Positions 41,003 to 48,547 of a stretch of DNA of 64,000 bases are shown here, piece after piece. The stretch spans positions 32,001 through 96,000 of the forward strand of contig BTVY01000002.1 of the NCBI GenBank assembly GCA_045863335.1. The letters are read 5' to 3'. The notes beneath the pieces are model-generated. The model ran no database searches, was not told where the DNA came from, and saw nothing but the letters and a program-made list of their open reading frames with translations. A program made the translations under genes and the position numbers. Positions within the stretch are counted from its first letter, which is position 1. The number at the start of each line of letters is the position of its first letter. The DNA is from Candidatus Hydrogenedentota bacterium (GTDB lineage: Bacteria; Hydrogenedentota; Hydrogenedentia; Hydrogenedentales; SLHB01).

Positions 41003-42304
41003 ATGTCCGGCATGAAGGACAAACTCGAAGGGCTTCTCACGGGCAAGTCCGGCCTGATGAAAGGGTCAGACTGGATGCAGAAGCTGGACGACCTGCGCAG
41101 GCAACGGGAGTCCGGCGAGTTCGAGATTGACAAGGTCGTGCCGGGACGCGTGGTCGGCGACGATGATCTCGGCTTCTATCTGGTCCAGCAAGATTTCCCG
41201 CTCGACACGTTGCAAGGGGCTATCGCACTCGGAGCCGTGCTCGACGTGTGCGGGGATCACATCGCGTTGTCCGCTTCCGACGACGAACTCTGCGAGTTCG
41301 ATCCGCGCAAGGCTTTGTTCATCGATACCGAGACCAGCGGCCTCTCCGGCGGCACGGGAACAGTCGCATTTCTCATTGGGGTGGGGTACTTCGTCGATGA
41401 CGTGTTCCGGCTCGATCAGTGTTTCATGCGCGACTACGACGACGAAGAGCACATGCTCGAATACCTCGGTGAGGTGTTCAAGGGAAAAGAGGCGGTCGTC
41501 AGCTACAACGGCAAGAGCTTCGATTTGCCGCTGTTGCGCACACGGTTTATTCAGAACCGCATTCCGTTCAGGGGCGATTCGTTCCTGCATTTCGATCTGC
41601 TGCACGCGGCGCGGCGGTTCTGGAAGCGCCGGTTAGGGGCCTGCAACCTGACGAATGTGGAACGGATGGTGCTCGGCATCGAGCGACATGGCGACGTGCC
41701 GGGCTTTGAGATCCCGCAACTCTGGTTTGACTACATCCGCACGCGCGACGCACGGCGGCTGGATGGCGTGTTCTATCACCACAAGATGGATATTCTCTCG
41801 TTAGTGGCGTTGACGGCGTGGCTGTCGCGATGTTTGTCCACCACCGAGGGCGGCGGATTCGAACACGCCGAGGACCATCTGTCCTTGGTGCGGGTCCTGT
41901 TTCTTCAGAAGAAATACACCGAGGTGGTCGTGCGGGGCGAGCGGCTCCTGGAGATCGAGGAACAGGGTGAACTGCGTAAGGAATGCCTGGAATTCATCGC
42001 CCTTGCCGCAAAGCGGCTGAACGACTGGCAGCGCATGGAGGACAGCTACACCCTGTTGCTCCAGGAGAATCCGACGAACCTCATTGCCCGCCTCGAACTG
42101 GCCAAGCATTACGAACACCGCGCGCGCCGTCTCCCGGACGCGGAACGCATGTGCTCAGAAGCGGTTGACTATCTGGAAACCCGCGCCACGCTCGGCCGCG
42201 CGACCGAATTCGAAGCCGCACCGCTCGCCGCGTTTCAGAAGCGCCTCGAACGCATCCGCCGCAAACTCGCCCGCGGCAAAGGGGACTTAGAGCCCGACCT
42301 GTAG
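41003..42304 (+). CDS. mrfB: YprB/MrfB-like RNase H-fold exonuclease with TPR C-terminus
   Basis: FIDTETSGL, SYNGKSFDLP, HFDLLH, ELAKHYEH; ATG 41003. Confidence 0.8.
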   Translation: MSGMKDKLEGLLTGKSGLMKGSDWMQKLDDLRRQRESGEFEIDKVVPGRVVGDDDLGFYLVQQDFPLDTLQGAIALGAVLDVCGDHIALSASDDELCEFDPRKALFIDTETSGLSGGTGTVAFLIGVGYFVDDVFRLDQCFMRDYDDEEHMLEYLGEVFKGKEAVVSYNGKSFDLPLLRTRFIQNRIPFRGDSFLHFDLLHAARRFWKRRLGACNLTNVERMVLGIERHGDVPGFEIPQLWFDYIRTRDARRLDGVFYHHKMDILSLVALTAWLSRCLSTTEGGGFEHAEDHLSLVRVLFLQKKYTEVVVRGERLLEIEEQGELRKECLEFIALAAKRLNDWQRMEDSYTLLLQENPTNLIARLELAKHYEHRARRLPDAERMCSEAVDYLETRATLGRATEFEAAPLAAFQKRLERIRRKLARGKGDLEPDL

Positions 42305-42528
42305 CGCTCGGATTCCACGCCGGGCGGAACTGAATCCAGGATCTGACCATTTGGGGTCGTTGCCGCGAAAACGATAAGTGAGTCCGCAAAGAGAATGTCT
42401 TACGGTCCTCGCTGAAGACGCCCGGCGTGGAAGCCGGGCGCTACTTCGGGGAGATTTTGAAACCCAACGAAACGTACCTTCAGCCTCCGGTCTCCAGCCT
42501 CCCGCCTCGTTTCTTACCCGCAATCAAT

Positions 42529-42558
42529 TTGACTTAACCATCGGCCGCGCGATACCAT
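42529..42558 (+). promoter_or_regulatory. Putative sigma70 promoter of tRNA-Pro
   Basis: TTGACT-18 nt-TACCAT upstream of the tRNA. Confidence 0.5.
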
Positions 42559-42569
42559 ACGCATTCTGT

Positions 42570-42647
42570 CGGGGTGTAGCGCAGCCCGGTTAGCGCGCTT
42601 CGTTCGGGACGAAGAGGCCGGAGGTTCAAATCCTCTCACCCCGACCA
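42570..42647 (+). tRNA. tRNA-Pro, anticodon CGG (integration target)
   Basis: CGGGGTG/CACCCCG+ACCA, anticodon stem CTTCG/CGAAG with loop TT-CGG-GA, GGTTCAAATCC. Confidence 0.95.
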
Positions 42648-42650
42648 TTT
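42601..42650 (+). repeat. attL core (50 bp, 3' half of tRNA-Pro)
   Basis: CGTTCGGGACGAAGAGGCCGGAGGTTCAAATCCTCTCACCCCGACCATTT identical to 52757-52806. Confidence 0.95.
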
Positions 42651-42718
42651 AAGTGCAATAAAAACAGCGACTTACGAGTTAGATACCGTAAGTCGCTGTA
42701 CTATTTCTAGTGGCTAGC

Positions 42719-42737
42719 CTGTCCCGTATCTGTCCCG
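42719..42737 (+). repeat. Putative integrase arm-type sites (left end)
   Basis: CTGTCCCGTATCTGTCCCG, identical copy at 52609-52627. Confidence 0.7.
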
Positions 42738-42828
42738 AGCGACAAGGTATTCTAACCAGCAAAACCGTTCTTACGTGAGAATACAATGGCCATCTTTATG
42801 TGTTATACTCAATTTGGAGGGTAAATCC

Positions 42829-43389
42829 ATGTCGTTCACATTCCGGCTTCCGAAAGTTGTTCAGGAAGTCGGCGTCATCCTCAATCAAGTGCCGGAGCAT
42901 CGCTTTAACTACACGATGCTTCTGAAGATCCTTTACTTGGCAGATCGGGAAAGCCTCGCGGAAGTTGGACATCCAATTAGCGGGGACATTCATGTTGCCA
43001 TGCCGCGCGGTCCGGTCCTGAGTCGCGTATGCGATTTGATCCGACAGACGAATTATGTCTCAGAAGAGCAATCGGAGTACTGGTCTAAGTTCTTTGAGAC
43101 AAAAAGAAAGGAATTGGTCCTGAAGGCAAGCCCTGGAACGGATCATTTGTCCAAATACGAAATTGAAAAGCTTCAGACGCTAACCGCCAAACATAAGAAG
43201 ACACTCCTCGGGAAGATGCTTGACTTCGTGGGGGACTTGCCGGAGGTCAAGAAGAACAAGAGAGGTTCCTCTCGAAAGGCAATTCCGCTGGAAGACATTC
43301 TTGTTGCCGTTGGCCGAGAGGACAGCATCGCAGAAATTCGCCAGAATCAGGCCGAGGATGAGTTCTTGGCAAAGATCCTCGGTGATTAA
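42829..43389 (+). CDS. Panacea (SocA/DUF4065) domain antitoxin
   Basis: LLKILYLADRESL..G.PISGD...AMPRGPV; RBS GGAGG; extended -10 TGTTATACT at about 42801; AT-richer than host. Confidence 0.8.
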   Translation: MSFTFRLPKVVQEVGVILNQVPEHRFNYTMLLKILYLADRESLAEVGHPISGDIHVAMPRGPVLSRVCDLIRQTNYVSEEQSEYWSKFFETKRKELVLKASPGTDHLSKYEIEKLQTLTAKHKKTLLGKMLDFVGDLPEVKKNKRGSSRKAIPLEDILVAVGREDSIAEIRQNQAEDEFLAKILGD

Positions 43390-43776
43390 ATGCCCCCCGG
43401 TAGATGGGAAGGTGGGGATTCGTTTTTCCTAAGCGCCGCCGGTTCTCACCTCTATTTTTTGCTTCATGTACCCGTCGAAGAGAGCGTCGTGGTCGTCAAC
43501 TTCATTACAATAAGAGAGTGGACAGATCCACCGTGTGTCATCTATCCCAATGAGCACGACTTCCTAACTGAAAAGTCAACTATAAACCTTTCTCGTGCCC
43601 GACTTTGGACAACCCAACAACTAACGACAAGTGAACAAAGCAATCTACTCAAGCGCCATATTCGCGTGTCAGATACGATAGTGAGCAAGGCTCTCAAGGC
43701 CGTCTCGAAATCGCAAGTCATAGAGACTCGGGTTCTTGATTTCTTGCGCATTCATGGGCTTATCCAAGTTGATTAG
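43390..43776 (+). CDS. Putative toxin (PemK/MazF-like fold suspected) paired with Panacea
   Basis: Starts immediately after antitoxin stop; HLYFLL...VVVVNFIT...D..CVI...HDFL..KSTI pattern reminiscent of PemK-like toxins. Confidence 0.55.
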   Translation: MPPGRWEGGDSFFLSAAGSHLYFLLHVPVEESVVVVNFITIREWTDPPCVIYPNEHDFLTEKSTINLSRARLWTTQQLTTSEQSNLLKRHIRVSDTIVSKALKAVSKSQVIETRVLDFLRIHGLIQVD

Positions 43777-43810
43777 GTGATTCGACGCCCGTTCGCAGAA
43801 TTCACACGGT

Positions 43811-44317
43811 CTACACTGCCCCACACGGCGCGATCTCCTTTTCCGCAAGGGAATCATTCAACCGTTTCGCGTCCTTTTCGATGCCTCGCACGAATTGACG
43901 CACCAATCTTTCGAGACTCCGCGCCGCGCCGGTAGGATCGCCGCACCAAATCACATGCACGTTAGCCCGCGTCTGTATCGCCGCGAGACTCGCAAGGATC
44001 GATTGCGGACGCGCCAGGCTTCGGTATTGCCGGAAATGAATCTCCGCTTCCAGCCCTTCCACGAGGATCGCGCGGAATCCGAATTGCCGTAGCTTCTCAA
44101 TCTCGCGCATGAACCGATCCCGCTCGCCCGTGAGACTCGATACCAGATCGTCCAATGACTTCCGCTCCACGATGAACCGGGGATTGTTCCAATCGCTGAA
44201 TCCACGGATGCCATAATCGCCCACGGGCAACGTCACGGTTTCGAGCCGGTACGCTTCAATCGGAAGGATGGATTGCTCCCGCGTGTCAACCTGAACGATT
44301 GGGCTTGGCGTGTTCAT
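43811..44317 (-). CDS. ERCC4/XPF-family nuclease
   Basis: VDTREQ, GDYGI, VERKSLDDL (GDxnERKx3D signature). Confidence 0.88.
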   Translation of the reverse strand: MNTPSPIVQVDTREQSILPIEAYRLETVTLPVGDYGIRGFSDWNNPRFIVERKSLDDLVSSLTGERDRFMREIEKLRQFGFRAILVEGLEAEIHFRQYRSLARPQSILASLAAIQTRANVHVIWCGDPTGAARSLERLVRQFVRGIEKDAKRLNDSLAEKEIAPCGAV

Positions 44318-44321
44318 GGAA

Positions 44322-44591
44322 TCAATCCCAGTCCCCGTCTGGTTGAACATGGGGCACCTCGATACGGTCCGGTCCAAACAGATAGATTGAATCTTCGTCG
44401 CCCCGTGTCCCGCGCGACTTCGGCCACGGTCCGGCCAATAGTCCCGATTTCTGCGCCCGTGTCATGACGGCTTCGCACAATGGCTCCCAACACCGATCCG
44501 GTACGTCGGCTTCGATGAACGATTGAGACAGCACGCCCTCAAGCCATTGTTCTTTGGAAAAGTGGAATCCATCATTGCGACACTTCGCCAT
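44322..44591 (-). CDS. Hypothetical protein (satellite)
   Basis: 89 aa ORF with GAAAGGA RBS, co-oriented, ends 4 nt before the ERCC4 start. Confidence 0.55.
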   Translation of the reverse strand: MAKCRNDGFHFSKEQWLEGVLSQSFIEADVPDRCWEPLCEAVMTRAQKSGLLAGPWPKSRGTRGDEDSIYLFGPDRIEVPHVQPDGDWD

Positions 44592-44777
44592 TGCCGATCC
44601 TTTCATGGGGTGCGGGACGCCGCGAAGCGGAGAAAAACGCGACGCCCCGCCAGGAGAGGGAGATGAGACCGTTAAACTTTTTGCTCGGCCTCGGGGACGG
44701 CGCAAACGACTAGGCGATATGCGCCGCCCCCGTGCTGCGAGTAATCGCGCGAACTACAGGTCCGCGCAAGGAATGCA

Positions 44778-45491
44778 CTAGATACTCGCTGACGCGCCTA
44801 CCTTCTGCGTGACAGCGCCGTCCGGTTTCCCGCGCAAGAGCACGACGGCCACATTGCTATTGGCCGTGGTCGTGACTTTGCACGCGATATGGGTGAATCC
44901 ATCGCTCAGATCAAAATCGTCCAGTTCCACGTACGCTTGCGCTTCAACCGTGGCAATCGTGAACGTCGCATCTTCGGACGAAATCGTGAGCACGCGCGAG
45001 CCGGGATCGTCCACAGTCAACGTGATCGTACCGGTATTCGCCGCCGCCGTGACGCCCGGTACGCCGTAGGTCGCATCGTTGATCAAGCCCGCCAGCGCCG
45101 CCGCGTCTGCGGTATCGTCGCCGTCAATCTTGAATTCCCGATCCGCCGCCGTGGTCGTGTCGGTGTGCGCGGTGAACGTGAGACCGTTGATAACGATGGC
45201 CTCGCCATTCAGGACGGTCGCCAGTGCGATAGTCGCTTTCGTGACGTTCGTGTTGGCCGTGATCGTGGCCGTCGCGCCGCTGATAAGCTGTGCGCCGGTA
45301 CCGTCCTCGTCGGACGCCTCGAATACTTCGATCTTCGTGGTTTTGGTAGCCGCCATTGCGCCGCCGTTCAGGATTGCCAACGCGGAGCCGTAGTCCTTCA
45401 TGGCGAAGTATCGCCCCGTGGCGTTGGTATTGTTCAAGGCTTGCGAGACAAGCCCGATGTCAATCTTCTGTGCTTCATACAATCGGTTCAT
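44778..45491 (-). CDS. Putative capsid decoration/cement protein
   Basis: Directly downstream of major capsid with AAGGA RBS; Ala/Thr/Gly-rich beta-type sequence. Confidence 0.55.
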   Translation of the reverse strand: MNRLYEAQKIDIGLVSQALNNTNATGRYFAMKDYGSALAILNGGAMAATKTTKIEVFEASDEDGTGAQLISGATATITANTNVTKATIALATVLNGEAIVINGLTFTAHTDTTTAADREFKIDGDDTADAAALAGLINDATYGVPGVTAAANTGTITLTVDDPGSRVLTISSEDATFTIATVEAQAYVELDDFDLSDGFTHIACKVTTTANSNVAVVLLRGKPDGAVTQKVGASASI

Positions 45492-45506
45492 GATCTGTTT
45501 TCCTTC

Positions 45507-46859
45507 TTAGGCCAGGATGCCGGTGATCTTGGTGAAGTGAGTCGGGCGAAGGATCGCGAAGTCCATCCGCATGTATGCGCGAATCAGGACTTGCAGACGG
45601 GAGAATGCTTCATCGCCCGTGCTGCCGCCGCCGGTTTCCGCGATCTTCATCTTCAGCGAAGTCCGCATACCGAATAGGCATTGCTGAAAGTCGCCGACGA
45701 ATGCCGCGCTCGCCACGCTGGACGTGCCCTGCGTCAAGGTGTTGCCGATCTGGTTCGTGACGTACTTCGCCAGATTCTTGTAGCTGTCCGGCGGAGGCAA
45801 GGGATCGCCGTTACCGTTGATCAGCCTGTCCAGCGTGCCCGCCGTCCGGGGGTTGTAGATCGTCGCGTTCGGTTCACCGTTCGCGTTCTGAATGGCTTGC
45901 ACGGCTTGACTCCAATCGTTGTAATCGGTCGGGACCGCGCCATTCGCGCCAAGGCTTTGCTCGTTCAGGTCGCTATGGTTGAACAAGCCCTTGGGTTCGC
46001 CCACGCCGCTGCCGAACAGCGCTACACGGTCGATCTCCAGCGCCAACGCCGACGCCATGGAGTTCTCAAGGGTGCTCACGAAATTGTCCGCGTCCTCGAT
46101 CAACTCGATGGATGAACGGACAAGGCATCCGATGGTTTTCGCCCGAAGGATGACCGGCGCGAGTGTCATGTCGCTTTCCGTGATTTCGGCATGCTCTTCG
46201 CGCCAATACGCGGTAGGATCGCCGGTGACTTTGACGAGGGTAAGCTCGCTGGAATCCATCGGGATCGTGCCCGCGCCCGCCTGGATGACACGCGCCTTGT
46301 TTCGCGCCGCATCGATGACGCGCATCGACAGGACGGACGGAACGAAGAAACCGCCGCCCGCGCCCGTGCCTTGGCCCATGGCCCGGAGTTCGGACTGAGA
46401 CTGCGACCAGTCACCCAACGCCGCCGCGCGGACCAGCCGTTGCAAGCTCAGCTCCTCGGGTTCGATGCCGTCCGGCAATTCGTTGGCGAAGCGATTGCGA
46501 AACACGTCCGCCATGCGTGCCTCGGGACCGATGCACGGCACGCGATCCCCGCTCTTGGTTTCAAACGTCATGCGGGCGCTAAAACCGCCGGCGTTGGGGT
46601 GCGTGGAATCGTGTGTGTCGCCACGGCCCGGAAGGATGCGCCCTTCGTTCACGCTGCGGGACATTTCAGCATCAAGATCGTTGACGCGCTCAGCCGACTT
46701 GATTTGGTCGCCCATGCCGTCAACTTCCGCATTCAACTTGTCCCACTTCTCGCGCTCTTCAGCTTTGAAATCGCGGGATTCTTTCTGAATCGTCTCGGCC
46801 ATTTGCTTGATCTCAGAGACCAGCTTGGCCCGCTTCTCGCGTAGTTCTTTCAAATTCAT
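45507..46859 (-). CDS. HK97-fold major capsid protein with N-terminal coiled-coil (delta) domain
   Basis: MNLKELREKRAKL coiled coil, AGGGFFVP, S.ELIED, LFGSGVGEPKG, FVGDF, RMDFAILRP. Confidence 0.9.
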   Translation of the reverse strand: MNLKELREKRAKLVSEIKQMAETIQKESRDFKAEEREKWDKLNAEVDGMGDQIKSAERVNDLDAEMSRSVNEGRILPGRGDTHDSTHPNAGGFSARMTFETKSGDRVPCIGPEARMADVFRNRFANELPDGIEPEELSLQRLVRAAALGDWSQSQSELRAMGQGTGAGGGFFVPSVLSMRVIDAARNKARVIQAGAGTIPMDSSELTLVKVTGDPTAYWREEHAEITESDMTLAPVILRAKTIGCLVRSSIELIEDADNFVSTLENSMASALALEIDRVALFGSGVGEPKGLFNHSDLNEQSLGANGAVPTDYNDWSQAVQAIQNANGEPNATIYNPRTAGTLDRLINGNGDPLPPPDSYKNLAKYVTNQIGNTLTQGTSSVASAAFVGDFQQCLFGMRTSLKMKIAETGGGSTGDEAFSRLQVLIRAYMRMDFAILRPTHFTKITGILA

Positions 46860-47015
46860 GGTTTCAAAACCTCATGTTTCGTTTCGTTCGTTCAACTCTG
46901 GCGTGCTGCCATGCGACTGGGCGCGTGGCGTTTCGCCGCTACCTTCGACGCTTGGGGTTGACTAGGCCGCCCCGTCGCGCCGTGGCCCGCTTAACCCCGC
47001 TGTGCGGGGGTGTGC

Positions 47016-47267
47016 TCAACTTTCAGTCCGCCGGTATGTGGCCTCGACGGCTTCGTGCATTTCGGCTTCTGTGAATTTGTGCCCTATGTGCGCTTCAATT
47101 TCTGCGCGCATATCGGGAACCAGTCGTGCCCACGCCGCGCCATGAACCGGCCAATAGGCGCGATACTTCCGCAAGTACGCCCCGCCCAACTTGGCGATCC
47201 TTTTTACCTCGAAATTGCTGAGCGGTTGCATGCCGCGTGCAATCCCCTTGCGTCGTACCTTTGGCAT
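47016..47267 (-). CDS. Small basic hypothetical protein (satellite)
   Basis: 83 aa, start overlaps terS stop (TAATG). Confidence 0.55.
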   Translation of the reverse strand: MPKVRRKGIARGMQPLSNFEVKRIAKLGGAYLRKYRAYWPVHGAAWARLVPDMRAEIEAHIGHKFTEAEMHEAVEATYRRTES

Positions 47268-47611
47268 TAACGTGATCTCCCTTCGGTTCCGACTGCTTTC
47301 GGTGGTCGGGGTGCCTCTATCGGCCCGCCCTCGAAATCAAGCCCGAGTTCCCGCTGAATCCGTACCGCCAACGTGGTAGCGTCTCGCTCGATGCCGCATG
47401 CCGGGTTTGCCTTCCATTCGCCGAAACGGTTTTGCACAAGCTCGCCCTCGGCTTCGATCAACTTCCGCGCAGCCCGTGCCCGGTCCAACTGGGTGCAAAG
47501 GTTTTCGAGTAGGTTCAAGTGATGCCTTTCGAGGTTGAAATCCGCCACGATGGATCGCCAGAGTGCTTTAGACTCCCGGCTAAGGTGTGTCGGTGGTTTT
47601 GGAGTGTTCAT
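47267..47611 (-). CDS. P27-family phage terminase small subunit
   Basis: PKPPTHLSRESKALW, LIEAEG...NRFGEWKANPA, RELGL. Confidence 0.85.
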   Translation of the reverse strand: MNTPKPPTHLSRESKALWRSIVADFNLERHHLNLLENLCTQLDRARAARKLIEAEGELVQNRFGEWKANPACGIERDATTLAVRIQRELGLDFEGGPIEAPRPPKAVGTEGRSR

Positions 47612-47736
47612 GTTCTCGAATCCTCAAATTTCGGTTTCAACCGGGTAGGCACGTGCAAGCGAACGCCTAGGCACACGGTACACAACCGCCGGTTGCCAGA
47701 ATATCGACCCCCTACCCCTATGTGCCTGTGCCGCCA

Positions 47737-48210
47737 TTAGTTACGCTCCTGTATGTCTATGCGCTCGGCGAGCATATTCTCTGCCGCTTGCCGTGTGCCG
47801 TAAATCCAGCCTAAGAGTTCGTCGCTTGCCTCGATGTGTCCGGGGTTCAACGCTTCCAGTTCGTCCGCGTTCGCCGTGGCCACGTCGATGTAGCCAATCA
47901 TGACGTTGCACGCCGCGATAAGCGCCGCGAGGTTGTCATCCTGCATGAAGTAATCAGCATCCCGCCGTTGAACGTCCGTTGATACCGTGTGCCCCAGCCG
48001 TTCACTGAGCACGGACGCTGCCCATTGACGTGTGGCGTACAAGAATCTCATCGTGTCATCCGCCGCGCGTGCCTGGTCTACCGTGGCCGTCCGTTGCTCG
48101 AATGCTGCGCTCATGGATGCATCGTTGTAGGCAATCAATACCGCGCATGCCTTGCCGATGTTGGCTAGACCCTCGTCGGTGAGTAATCCTTTGACTTCCG
48201 GCAAACTCAT
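47737..48210 (-). CDS. Hypothetical protein with internal tandem duplication
   Basis: 157 aa, AAGGAG RBS; two similar helical units (..ACAVLIAY..LYATRQ..LSERL / ..ACNVMIGY..IYGTRQ..LAERI). Confidence 0.7.
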   Translation of the reverse strand: MSLPEVKGLLTDEGLANIGKACAVLIAYNDASMSAAFEQRTATVDQARAADDTMRFLYATRQWAASVLSERLGHTVSTDVQRRDADYFMQDDNLAALIAACNVMIGYIDVATANADELEALNPGHIEASDELLGWIYGTRQAAENMLAERIDIQERN

Positions 48211-48315
48211 GCTGCCGACTCCTTCCGCGTTTCCATCCCAAGGTTGCCGACAACGCGCGGGAGTATCTGTCCAACGCTCTCGATAGGTCCGCCGCGCCGG
48301 TGCTCAATAACCGGC

Positions 48316-48547
48316 GGGGGACAAAGTGTGCTGCAACCTGCGGACAGCACTTTGTCCCCCTTTAGGGGACGCCCTGTCCGTAGGTTTGGAGTATTGATAC
48401 TAAAGGACTTACAACTTACGGACAGGGTATCTTCACTTTTCGGCCTGTCCGTAGGTTTAGAAAGACTATTTAACGTATTGTTGCTCATTGCGTTACAACC
48501 TGCGGACAGGGTTCATTGTCCGCGCCTGTCCGTAGGTCCGTAGGTTT
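48316..48547. repeat. Iteron cluster, putative satellite replication origin
   Basis: CCTGTCCG(T/C)A(G/A)GTT-like units at 48335, 48373, 48413, 48444, 48497, 48525 in both orientations; hairpin GGGGGACAAAGTG/CACTTTGTCCCCC; AT-rich spacers. Confidence 0.75.

Noticed and set aside
48207-48488. 93-aa ORF downstream of the helicase
   Set aside because: Lies over the iteron array and has no recognisable motif; not called, although its start/stop overlaps with both neighbours mean it cannot be excluded.
48316-48547. CRISPR array
   Set aside because: Repeats are about 14 bp, in both orientations and irregularly spaced; no cas genes or CRISPR-like array seen in the window.
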